A stretch of DNA of 53,104 nt, counting the filler, from Sphacelaria rigidula (Eukaryota): the NCBI GenBank assembly GCA_964200075.2. It is 4 parts of 4 records of this genome, joined end to end, with 100 filler letters (N's around TTAATTAATTAA, not from the genome) between each part and the next. Parts side by side here need not be neighbours in the genome. Positions count along the whole stretch, not along the records: positions 13,304 to 26,504 come from CAXNAA020003069.1; positions 26,605 to 39,804 come from CAXNAA020003070.1; 2 more parts are not named here. One strand, 5' to 3'. A program made the position numbers and the translations under genes. Each line of letters opens with the position of its first letter. Position 1 is the first letter of the stretch. The notes beneath the pieces were generated by a model. It saw only the letters and a list, made by a program, of their open reading frames with translations. It was not told the origin of the DNA and ran no database searches. Positions 24,274 to 35,992 of the stretch are shown here, piece after piece.

Positions 24274-24939
24274 GTCATTTGTGCTTATCTATTTTGTCAT
24301 TCGTTGCCGGATCACAGTGTTGATCTTGTGTAGGGTTCCTTGGAAGCTGTTCTGTCTCACAAAGCGATGTTCATGTTTCATGTTGACATCACTTCGTGTT
24401 GGAACAAAAAATAAGTACATACGTATATTGGTACAATACTTTGGCCGTTCGGCCGCGTCTTTCGAGTGAGGAAGCGACTGGGAATGCCTTGCTCCACTGT
24501 CTGAGATTACTCCGACAAACTTTGGCGCTTCGGTCAAGCAACGTGTAACTTTGGGTGAAGCCTTCCCACTTTACGATTCATGCAATTTGGGGAATCGGGA
24601 AGGCGTGTACGTTTTTTTCACAAAATGTTGGATTGTGTGTATCTATTGGGTGTGTGTGTTTTGTGTCATGATATCTATTGTAATGTTGTGGACGCATGTC
24701 TACACTTTTCGGTGTAGGTACGCGCATCAGCCGAGGTCACACAGGAAGAGGGTCAACACGGGTGTTTTTATTTTAAGGATTCCACATTCCTTCTGCGGTG
24801 CTTGCCTTATTTTTTTTCATCGCGGGAGGTTTTCAGCGGTCCCTTGCCCTCGTCGACCGTCAAGTCGAATTTCGTGCACCCACGACATGGTAAATGTTTA
24901 CTGTAGGGCATGATGTAAGAAGAAATACCAGATAAAAGA

Positions 24940-25024
24940 GTGTGACTCCAGCGAGATTCAAACCTGGATAATCTCAACCGTCAGAAGGTTCCAAGGTGAC
25001 CAACTGAGCCACCGAGGCGACCGG
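24940..25024 (-). mobile_element. tRNA-derived SINE head or tRNA-like pseudogene
   Basis: The minus strand reads GTCGCCTCGG-TGGCTCAGTTGG (A box)...GGTTTGAATCT (degenerate B box). It does not give a convincing cloverleaf. Confidence 0.65.
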
Positions 25025-26504
25025 CCACTAGCAACTGCGCGCACCAAAAATCGCCGATGTCTGCCGGATTCCTTTTCCTTTTGGGGAGGAGATCAAGCCA
25101 TCCCGAAGTGGCATTATTTGCCTGGCCCTTTTTTTTATGCGAAGAATGTCGCCGACAGATCCAAATAATCACATTTCATCGTCTTTTTGCAACCATACGA
25201 AATGCTATGAGGATCCAATCTGCGAGAGTTGAAAACAAGCCCATCAAAGCAGTGACTACTGTACCGTACATGTCCCATATTTCAACAAGTTACAGTGATC
25301 ACTTGAAAGTGAGTATTTGGTAGCACTGCTGCCAGCGACGGCGAAACCACCCTGTGTCTCCACCCACCTTGCCTGGCACTGCAACGCAGCGAAGTCGCGC
25401 TTTTTGCTTGGTTCTGGCACCCGGAGAGTGTTGATCGAATAGTTCACTACAGCAACGCCGGCAGGTGCGGTAGCCAAGCAAAGAGTGAAAGAAGTGGGGG
25501 TGCTGGAGAGAGCAATTCCACCCGGTCACATCCGTACGTATGTCCTTCAACACGCGAAGAGCGGTGGAAAACCCTCACACGTGTACACAACTGAAACGCC
25601 ACACGTCAAGCGCGTCACTACTTTACCGTAGATCTTTATATGGTGGATTTTCTCATACAAACCTCCACTTCACACGAACACCCCCCTCAACTGGGCTATC
25701 TACACGCAGATTCTCCAGAACAATCTGGAGGAAAATTCAGTTTTCTAATAATCAACTTCCCTCTGTCATACACTACACGCAGATGCCCAGAAACAGTCAC
25801 GAAGAAAATTTCAGCCATCCGAGAAACATCTCCCCTCCTTCACACATAATATCAAGTAGACATATTCCACTATAAAAATCGCACCTGGTCCCGATCCGCA
25901 ATAGTGATCAAGCAACTCAAGCGTACGCTCAAAACCTCGTGAGCATCTCCAAGGTTCTACCGTTCATCCCGAAGATGAAAATATATATTTCACGCAAAAA
26001 CACATCTTACACGCACGGATCATGTGCCAACAGATATTGCAGCCCGCCACGCCGGCCTAGGAAAATGGATGCCATGCAGGAAAGCACCGTACAAACCTAT
26101 GCCCCACAAAGTAGCGTAGGTGGTTCAAATCCAACAAGCACATATTTACATCATGTGAACATTACCTCAGACGCATTGTGTTAACGTAGAGGACAGGCAT
26201 ACGAACAATTTTGAAGCCCGCACATCTTTTCTCCCGAAACATCTCTTTCGGAACAGAATTCATACTGCGCTGTCTACTGTACTCGGCATCGAACTCCTAC
26301 AAAAAAAGAAATATTCCAACAGTATTGTCCATCAATATCCCCCCCCCCCTCTTTAGGTTGGGTTAGACACCCATGAGGCGGTGTAAAAGCTGTAGCTGTC
26401 TCTGGATGTAGCGATACCACGAAATAAAGCAACTTATTGTAGGCTGTCATCCAAATGCAAGATAATCAAAAGGCTCCGGGCCGAACAATCTTGGCAGGAT
26501 GCAG

Positions 26505-26604
26505 NNNNNNNNNNNNNNNNNNNNNNNNNNNNNNNNNNNNNNNNNNNNTTAATTAATTAANNNNNNNNNNNNNNNNNNNNNNNNNNNNNNNNNNNNNNNN
26601 NNNN
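26505..26604. other. Artificial contig linker N44-TTAATTAATTAA-N44
   Basis: Identical 100-bp structure; cassette at 26549-26560. Confidence 0.98.
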
Positions 26605-26769
26605 CAGGCAAGACGAAGAGACGACGGAAACTCTCCGCAGCTTGGTGTTTCGGGACATGGTGGGGGAAGATACTTTCGCGCTGTGTTACTCTTTCGTATC
26701 TTCCCTGCAAGAGAGAAATGCGACTTCAGCTCCATTTTAGTGTTGAACCCCAAAATTTAAAATCGGCTG

Positions 26770-28598
26770 TTATATGATGACGTTTTGGGTGAGGTTTGCG
26801 GACAACACAACACAATCATCGCCGTTCCAGTAATATTCGCCCGTTCACAATCCCCGTTTGAGATCAAGGCGTATTTGATGACATTCTGGTTGAGTTTGGC
26901 GTACTAAACAACACGATACTCGCTGTTTCAGGAACGATTCGCTTCTCCACAATCTCCGAGTTCAGGTCTAGGCGTATATGAGAACGTCATGGGTGAATTT
27001 GGCGGACGTATCACGACGATATTCGCTGTTTCAGGGAATATTCGCCTGTCCGCAATCCCCCCTCTTGAGGTCCAGGGGTATATGATTAGGTTGTTGGTGA
27101 GTTTTGCGTACTTAACACCACGATGTTCGCTGTTCCAGGAAGTTTTCGCCCGTCCGAAATCTGCCATTCGAGGTCCGGGCGTATACGATCATGTTCTGGG
27201 CAAGTTTGGCGGACTTATCACGACGATATCCGCTGTTTCAGGATATGTTTGCCTGTCCAAAATCCCCCGTTCGAGGTCCAGAGGCATACGATGAGGTTCC
27301 CGGTGAGGTTTGCGGACTAAAGACGACGATATTCGCTGTTCCACGAAATATTCGCCTGGTCAAACGTTCCACTTCGTAGTCCAGGCGCACATGATAACGT
27401 TCTGAGTAAGGTGTTACGCACTGAACTACACGATACTCGCTGTTCCATATAATATTCATCTGTCCAACTATTCCCAAGTTAGGGCTCAGGCGTATATGAG
27501 AACGTTCTGCGGGATGGTTGCAGGCTTAACACCACGATATCCGCTTTTCTACGAAATATTCGCCGGTCCCATATAACAATGTTTTCGCGAGATTGAGAGT
27601 AGAGGATACGATTGAGAGGGAAAAACGGTCGATTAGTGAATGAACCTTATCAGTTCCGAAATGCTCCCGAACGACGCTCGATAGCTTGTCACTGAGGCCC
27701 TCGATATCCCTGAGTAGGATATCGACGTGTGGCTGCAAGCACACGCTAGTGATGGAGGTGAAGAGTACCAGACACGGAATGAAAAATTGGCTAAGTTAAA
27801 GCCGATGGTTCAAGGCACTCTCAATCAGCGCTCTACTCTCAATCTCACGAATACGATGTTATATGTCTAATACGAGGTATGGGCGTATATCATCACGTTC
27901 TGGGTGAGTATACCGAACTCAACACCACGATGCCCGCTGTTCCACGAAATATTCACACATCCAGAATCCCCTGTTCGAGGTTCAGGCGTATATGATAACG
28001 TTATAGCTGAGGGTTTCGGACTCAACAACACGATACTCGCTGTTCCAGGATATATTCGCCTGTCCAAATATCCTCATGTTGAGGTCCAGGCGTATATGAT
28101 CATGTTTCGGGTGAGGTTTGCGGGCTGAACAACACGATACTCGCTGTTCCAGGAAATCTTCTCTTTCTCAAAATGTCCGAATTGATGTTTAGGTGCATAT
28201 AAGACCGTTTTGGGTGAGTTTGGCGGACTTGTCACGACGATATTCGCTGTTTCAGGAAAATTTCGCCTGTCCAAAATGTCCAACATGAGGTACGGGCGTA
28301 CGTGAGAACATTCAGGGTGAGTTTATCGGATTAGAAGCCACGAAATTCGCTGTTCCAGGAATGTTCGGACCTCTTGAATCCCCCGTTTGAGGTCCAGGCG
28401 TGTAGGATAATGTTCTGGGTAAGTTTATCGAAGTACTGTAAACACCACGATATTCGCTATTTCACGAAATATTCACACACCCAGAACCCCCTGTTTTAGG
28501 TCAAGGCGTATATGAGAACGTTCTGGGTGAGGTTTCGGACTCAACAACACGATACTCGCTGTTCCAGGATATATCCACCTGTCCAAAACCTGCCATGT
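26770..28598 (+). repeat. Satellite array with ~104-bp monomer, about 15 diverged copies
   Basis: CACGATA(C/T)TCGCTGTT(C/T)CA-like anchors recur at ~26809, 26912, 27015, 27118, 27221, 27324, 27429, 27533, then 27925, 28029, 28133, 28236, 28339, 28445 and 28548. Confidence 0.95.
27574..27861. mobile_element. 288-bp MITE with ~45-bp TIRs and a TA target duplication, inserted in a satellite monomer
   Basis: Left end TAACAATGTTTTCGCGAGATTGAGAGTAGAG; right end CTCTACTCTCAATCTCACGAATACGATGTTA. TA lies at 27572-27573 and 27862-27863, and removal restores a normal monomer. Confidence 0.85.
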
Positions 28599-28607
28599 GG
28601 GGTATAG

Positions 28608-28984
28608 TGTTATAGTGTTAGGCGGGATGCACTCTCTTGTGCAGCCGGCCAAGTCAGATGCCTGTTGATCTCCTGACAGGGGTCAGGTTTTGTCCGAAAT
28701 CAGGTCACACTACAATAGTTTCACGCAGTAAGCTGTACCCACTTGATACAAAAGACTCTTGTTCACTCGTATTCGGTATCGCTCCTTTCAATGCTCTCTC
28801 AGCTGCTCTCCGGCTATAGCAATGGCTTAACAATCGGCTCCACCCGAGCGAGTACCGCGGAGAGGGCTCAAGGACCCGTGCCTGTACATTTTTTTCAGTC
28901 TCACATTTTGCCTAGTCAAGCTTGATCAGACCCGCAACTATAGAATCCCAGATTTGATCCTAGACGCCTCCTAGCTTCATGACA
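28608..28984 (-). repeat. Candidate 3' LTR (TG...CA on minus strand)
   Basis: The minus strand begins TGTCATG at 28984 after a short GGGCGAG tract and ends ...TAACA at 28608 or 28616, next to the satellite. No second copy is present in the contig. Confidence 0.4.
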
Positions 28985-29752
28985 CTCGCCCAACAAGAGG
29001 AACCTCTATTACAGTTGCGATGAGAAATCTCGAAAAGCAACGAAAATCGAGTTTTTTCTCCAAGTCAAGTCATGAGCAACAAGGAAGGCGACTCAATGCT
29101 ATTAAAGCACTCGGCCATAGTGGCTAAAAGAAGTAAGGTACACCCCACACGACGAGCGCAACATCCACTCCGTTGCCCGATCCTCCCACACCTCAAACAA
29201 GGTAAGCGGAATCTGCTACCGAAAAGCGCAAGTGCGCTTAAAGACGCAGGAGCACACAATGCTGCTGCGGGCTAGCGAGCTCAACAGACAAACGTAAAAA
29301 TGCTTCGGCGTGCTAGCCAAAAAAATGAGGCAAAAGGGAAATCATACCAGGGGTACAACGTCTATGTGGGTACCAAAGCCAACCGTCAAAAGGTGCATCA
29401 CACGCGGCGAGCACGTGGCGGCTGAGGAAAGCAAGGGAATGAGCAAGACTGCAAGCGGTCCAGCGTCAGTCATACAAATTGACAGCCAAAATGCAAAAAG
29501 CTCCAGTAGCCGGGGATGGAGATGCGCCAGGCAAGGTCCAGTCGTGGTCAGACGTTGGGCGCTGAGGAAGCTCCGGTTGCAAGGTGTTGAAGGAGTCGGC
29601 GGGCGGCCTGGTGTGTCCTGAGTGGTTGGAGAAGGGATATATATATATATATATGTGTGTATATATATATATCTAAAAGACAGCGACAGAGGGAAAGAAG
29701 AAAAGAAAACGGAAAAACGTCGAGGAGGTGAAGGGAAGAGGGTTGTGTAAGT

Positions 29753-31720
29753 TCAAAGCGGTGCGTTGATATCGTGTGTGCGGTCGATCTTATGTTGAAT
29801 TCCACGACGTAGGCCTTTAGACTTGTGTCGCTGGAGAAACCAAGATCCTCGTTGTGCGGATGGACTGGTGGTATAGAGCTCTGGGCGGAGCTTGAGCTGC
29901 ACGGGTTCAGGGTCACCGATGAAGCGCACGATGTATGTGTCAGGCGCGATGAGGTCTGTGGAGTGGGGCTGGCCTAGCCACCAGAGGTTGTCGCTTCCTT
30001 TGTACCACAAGTAGGCGCCTTTGGGGAGGACTTCCTGTTTCGCGCGGATATTTTCTTCCCAATGTTTGGTGGTTACATATTAATAGCCGTCAGCGACAGA
30101 GCGTAAACCTTTGTCACAGCGAAGTTCACTTGCTGCTGCGCCGCGGAGCATGTTGCGATATTTCTTGTTGTTAGCAAGGTGTTGCTGCTGAGGTTGTGTC
30201 CAGTACAGGAGAATAGCTCGGCGGTGCAACTGAAGGTCGGATTCGCGTTCCCAAGACGCTCTCCGGAGGCCTTGCCAGTGGGTTTTGTACATGACAGCAA
30301 TCTTACCGCCTCGACCGCGAGTGATCTGGTGACCAGAAATGTGGGACACGGCGAGACGAAGGGGTTGTTCCGTCACATCGCCGGTAATAACGTGATAAGG
30401 CGGTGATTTGGTCAAATAGCTGTTGAGTACGTACTGCGTAAGACCGGCAGGCAGATATTTGGGCATGTCTCTAGTGTCATGCGGATTGATGCAAGGTTTA
30501 CAACGGTGCACAGAGATGCGAGATTTGGCGTCATATCCTTGAAGATCGCGAGGAAGATCGAAATAAAGGAGTTTGTTACCGACAGGTTTGCCATCGGGTG
30601 AAGCTGGCGAGGGCCCTACGATCAGAATCTTGAATGGTCCTGTCAAGTTGAGGGATAGTTTAGTCTTCAAAACTGTCTCGTTGGCAGCTCTGTCAGAGTC
30701 TTGACGAATGGTTGACAAACTGTTGTAAACCTAGACCCAATCGCCAACCTTCCAAGTAGGTCGTTTGTGCATAAGATTGTAGAGATCATGATTAGATCTC
30801 CAAAGGCTCGAGGCGTTGATAGCGTGTTGTTCACGCACGAGAGTGAAAGCTTTGCGCTGGCGTGCACACGCCAGGTAATGGTAGGATATCTGATCCTGAT
30901 TCAAGCCTTGGTGGCCATCGAAGGTGTGTCTCTCAAACACGGTGATGGGCAAAGGCGGGTAACGGCCGAGATGTAACTCGTTCGGAGAAAGGCCGGTAGC
31001 AGCGTTGACGGAGTTGTTATAAGACAACATGACGTGTGAGAGATGGAGATTCCAATCGTTTTGTCAATCGTTGACTACCATACACAGCATCTGGGCCATG
31101 GTGTGATTAACTCTTTCAGTACCACCGTTACCATCAGGGTGGTAAGCGCTTGTGGCTATCTTTCGAATGCCCAGGAGCGTATACAGTTCGTCCGAGAGAT
31201 CGGAGCAAAATTGCTGACCATTGTCGGAGAGAAGCCGTTTCGGGCAACCATAGTGCTTGATAGAGTCATGAACTAGGATATTAGCTGTGCCCACTGCGGT
31301 GAAGTCTCCAGCGGTGACTGCGTACATGGCTGCGTGATGGCTGAAGCGGTCGGTAAAGAGTAAGATATAGGTGTTGCCACGGTCAGTGGGCGGTAAAGGA
31401 CCAAAATAGTCGAAAGACACGAGGCGACCAGGAGCGTTGGGAAGTGCCATCGAAAGAACTCGCCAACGTGTTGTCTGTCGTGAGGTTTTGCGAGCTTGAC
31501 ACTTAAAGCAGCGCCGAATCCAGAAGCGGGTGGACACTTCCATACCTATCCACCAGTAGAAACGTTCGAGTAAAGCTAATGTGCGCGTGACACCAAGGAG
31601 GCAAGACAGGTCAGTGTGGCAGCCTTTCATTACCCACGGTCGCATCAAAAATGGGACATATATCAGAGTGGGTTCATCGTCGAGTAGGCGTGTATGGCGT
31701 CCAGTGGACGCGGGTGAAGT
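29753..31720 (-). pseudogene. Integrase (Zn-binding remnant, DDE core), chromodomain and C-terminal PWWP/Tudor-like module
   Basis: CH...CFKCQARK; VSFDYFGP, LLSDNGQQF and TERVN (D,D,E); LAVSHISGHQ...VMYKTHWQGLRRASWERESDL; GAYLWYKGSDNLWWLG...YIVRFIGD. Interrupted by stops near 31064, 30731 and 30080. Confidence 0.9.
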
Positions 31721-32599
31721 TACACCCTGCTGGGGCGTAGGACGGCGGACAAGCAATTCGATTCCGTCATCAGTTGTGAAGATAGTAGCTTTACGTGCGA
31801 GTTCGTACACCTCAGCGGCGTTTGGTGGTGGCAGTGTGCCAATCGGGGCCAATACATTGGCCGGGATAGGAGCAGGGCAGCCTGCACGGAGGTACCGCAT
31901 GGTTGCGCGGCATAATGGTTCAGCTTGTTGTTCACGAGCCCAATCAAGATGGGAGTAACTGGCGAGAAATTCGTGCAGTTGGCCTTCCGCCGGGGAGCCG
32001 ACCAGACATGGTGGCTCAGGGAGCGGTGGAACAGGCGACGGAGGGAAGGTGCCAACGTCGATGTGAACATCGGAAGCATCAGAAGGGGTGGGCACTGACG
32101 GGGTCGCGGCGGGCGGCGATGTCGCAGCAGTGTACCCCAGAGATCGCGCTCGGCGCTTGTTGTGAGAACTGCGCGTGGCGGAGGTTGTCAAGGCTCGTGG
32201 TGCGATGTTGCGGGGAGCCGTCGCTACGCTGCTTGCAGGAGCAGTAGGTGCTGTCGGTGGCGGTGGGGCGCGGGGAGGGTTAGCGCGGGCGGCAGACCGA
32301 GAGCGCGTGTTGTCGGAAATGCGAGGGACAGCTGAAGGTGGCGAAACTGTAAGTTTTGCACGAGGATTGATAGTACGGAAATCGGCGAAATCGGCGTCGA
32401 TAGGTTGTAGCCTATTCAAGACTGCATCATACGGTAGGGGGCGGAGGCCACCCATGTGCATATCCGTCGCTGGGCAATGAAGGTCAAGGGCGTAAATGGG
32501 CGTTGAGAAACGCCGGATAGGATACACGCCGGGTTCATCGGGTTCAGTTACTCGACAAGTGGGACTGAAATCCACAGCCGTTGGAGGAAGGGGCAAGCG

Positions 32600-33900
32600 G
32601 GAGAGAAGGTCAGCATTCCCGTTGGTTTTGTCAGGGCGGGTTTGACAGTATACTGATAAGCTGTCAGGAACTCCAACCAGCGTTGCACACGCGGGTTACC
32701 TTCGCCAACTTTGGCGAGTTGTTCAAATGCTCCGTGATCCGTGTAGATTTGGAAAGGCACATGGAACAAATATTGTCGAAGGCGCGTTATGGCCCAAGCG
32801 ATGACTCCGCCTTCCAGCTCCAGTGGACTCCAGTTGGCCTCGTTTGGAAGGGTGGCGCGACTGATATAGAGGATGGATTGAATAGAGCCATCGTGCTGAG
32901 GCTGATTAAGGACCGCGCCGAGCCCGTCGGTGCTCGCGTCTGTATGTAGTTGAAAGAGGCGAGAGCCGTCTTGTACGGCATCCCAGTCCGGGAAACAAAG
33001 GTCCGTTTTTTCGGTGAGCGTTTTCAGCAAGTCGCGCACGATAGCTTCCATATCTGTGGTGAAGACAAACGCGGCGCCTTTTTTTAGCAAGTGCGTAATG
33101 GGGCGAATCCGTTTGGACAGGTTAGGCAAAAATTTGCGATAGTAGGACAGTCCACCCAACAATGAGTGAAGCCGAGTAATGTTCGTGGGCATCGGCAATT
33201 CAGTCATTGCTCTGACTTTGTTGGTTTCGGAGTGTAGACCCGCCGGTGAAATTGAGCGTCCCAGAAAATCCAGTTCAGTCGCGCCAAGGCGAGCTTTGGA
33301 TGGAGACAGTTTCAAATTGTGCTTCCGTAGGAACTCTCGCAAGGTGCGCACATGCGCAAGAGGGGAGGCATCGAATGCGATAGCGTCGTCCAAGTACATG
33401 ATGACGTGTTCGAGATTCTCTGTAACGCGTTGCATTAAGCGTTGAAAACAACCTGGTGCAGTGGCGGCACCTTGTGGCATACGGAGCCATTCGTAGAGCC
33501 TAGAAGATGTACAGAACGCTGTCAGTGGGACTGTATCAGGGTGAAGCGTTCTGGAAAAATCCAGAAGCGAGGTCGAAGGTACTGAATATTTTTCCTTCGC
33601 CTAGAGAGTCGAAGACTTCATCTATGCGAGGAATGGGAAGTTTTCCCACTACAGTGACGCGATTTAGCCGTTGATAATTCACGGTGATGCGCACGTTTCC
33701 ATCCTTTTCGGGGACTACCACTAGCGGTGAGGCCCACGGAGAAGAGGAGTGTTGGATTAATCCGGCACCTAAGTACGCATCAAAAATGGCGTTAACGTTT
33801 TTGGTAAGGATGGGGTTCGTCCGATATGGCCGAAACGAGATTGTCAAAATGCCAGGTTGAAGGGTGATTTCAAAGGGCAGCGTTTTGCAATGCCCCAGAT
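32600..33900 (-). pseudogene. Reverse transcriptase and RNase H of the Gypsy element
   Basis: SSSPWASPLVVV, RITVNYQRLN, FDLASGFFQ, MPQG, MYLDD and LHTDASTDGLGAVL. Frameshift at ~33545. Confidence 0.95.
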
Positions 33901-34599
33901 CCGTTTTGGATCGAGAAAATCTGTCTTGGTACTCCAGTAAAACATCGCTCAATTCTTTGATTACAGCGGGTTCCCAACCGGGTCTATGTAGATCAAAGTT
34001 GATGTCACGTAGATGGGATGGGGGTTGATCCCACATGTGCAAGAAACTTGTCCGAGATTCGGGCGATAGGCGTTGCAGCACTTCAGCAGGAGGTTCGGAC
34101 GTTGACGATGCAGGGTCCACGGTGTGGATACGTGATGGAGGCGAAGAGGTTACGTTGAAGGAAGGCTCATCGACGCAATTGACAGAACCGACTGTCAGAG
34201 GCGCCGAGTTGGGCATAGAGGGTTCAGTGGCACATATCTCAAGTGGAATGTGCATTAGGGGAGCAGCAGCAATACCCAAAACATCTCCGGGTTCCAAGTT
34301 AGCGTGACCCGTGAGCGGCAAAAGTTGTTTCCCTGGGGAGACAAAGTGTTCTGTGCCGGCAGGCGCACCAACCTGGGGAAGCATTTCAGCGAGGTAGTGT
34401 CCCGTAAGGGCAGGCATGCCATTTCGGCGAGCTAAGGCAACTTCTAGCAGTTGAGGATCATCGGAGAGGATAACACCAGCAGTACCATCGTATCGGAGGT
34501 GGTAAGCAGCTCCGGTAGCTCGTTCATTTGTTTGATGGGCCAAGGCGCCGTGAAGAGTACCGAAATGTTCAAGGTTGAGTTCTCCACGAGGCGCAGACT

Positions 34600-34960
34600 G
34601 TGACGAGAATGGTAATGGTGTGCGGTAGGTGCGCTGATCAAACCGCATGTATTTATCTCGGCCCATGAGTGAGGCGTGAGCCATGGGGCTGTCGGGGACA
34701 ATATATACCCAGACTGCAAGGCTGGCAGAACGAGTTTTGTTGTGAAATAATTGTACACTGAGACGAACTGATATTCGTGTGGCCAAAGGTGCGGTGGGAT
34801 CACCAAAACCGCCCCATACTCGAGGTTTGATGGTGATTTTGCAAGCTGCTGAAGCAGCGCCAATCTGTTTCATATGTTCCTACATTGATTCGCGAATAAA
34901 TGTTTGCGCGCTGCCGCTGCCTAACAAAGAGATGCATTTGGCAGTCGTGGTTGCGTATGG
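34600..34960 (-). pseudogene. Aspartic protease region with the catalytic Asp lost
   Basis: CISLLGSGSAQTFI where LLDSGS is expected, followed by a stop at 34880. Confidence 0.65.
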
Positions 34961-35992
34961 TCCGCAATGGAGCGCTACGCGAGTAGTAAAAGTGGCAGGA
35001 TTAACAGACACTTTAACGACGACAAGATCCGGACCATGTTCAGCCAGGGTGTGTTGATCGGAATTAGTAGTGCTGACGGCGAAAACGGACGGCGGTTGAT
35101 CCGCCGGGGGGTCAACTTTCTCACCAGAAAGTTTGGTGGATGATGTGTAGTCCCCAGAGTGAGCACAGCTCGGCTGGTCATTAGCAATTTCATATACGAC
35201 CGTGTTGGGAAGGCAGGGATCAACGTCTAAAGTAGACCCGTCTTGTTCAGTGTAATCCGCAGAAGAGGTAGAACTATCCGAAATATCTGATTTGGATTCT
35301 TCTAGGACGCTTGACAAATTCATCGAGCTCAAAGCCGTCGTATTTTGAAGAGATTGAGGTCGAGATTTTCCACTCGAGGGAGATGTACGTGTTGATGCGC
35401 GCGCTTCAGTGGGGGCATGTTCATGGGGCTTCCTCTCTCGCCGTGACAAAGGGCGGGGAACTTCCAAAGTGTTTGGGGAAAACCCAACTGCGTCCAGTTG
35501 AGTGGATGGGGTCAGCATCGGGGCATGCTCGGGCGAAGCTTGTGGACTGTCCGCTGGCAAGCTTGGCTGAAGAGTCATAGCCGAAGGTATAGTAGGATGG
35601 TTTATGTGGGAACCATTCAGGGGTAGCTTCGCATGGTGCAATGAACGCGAAGACTGAACTCGTTCGACCTGGGTGGGTGTTACCTGGTCCGAAGCGTGCC
35701 TGTGCCTTAGAGACGGGCGGTTGGTGTTCCCACACCTCAGACTTACGCTCAGTTCCGGAGGACCAAGTCCAGAGCCGAGGGTAGGGCTAAGTTGTGAGTC
35801 AACGCAACTTTTACGCTGTGTACGAAGAGGTGAAAACGGGGGTCGATGTGAGCGGCCGTCATTAGAACTTCTGCAAAGTGCCGGGGAGGTTGAGCGAGAA
35901 AGTTGGGTCACGCGTTCCGCGGTTGGTGTTGAAGTATTCTTCGTGTGTGCTGTCGGCGGCGCCGAAGACGTAAAAACGCCGGCGTCGGCATG

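Noticed and set aside
24940-25024. Functional tRNA gene
   Set aside because: A and B boxes are present, but the T-loop is degenerate (GTTTGA) and the acceptor stem does not pair convincingly. It is better explained as a SINE head.
26770-28598. CRISPR array or repeat-protein gene
   Set aside because: The whole ~104-bp monomer is homologous, so there are no unique spacers. The period is not consistently a multiple of three and the ORFs are short and broken.
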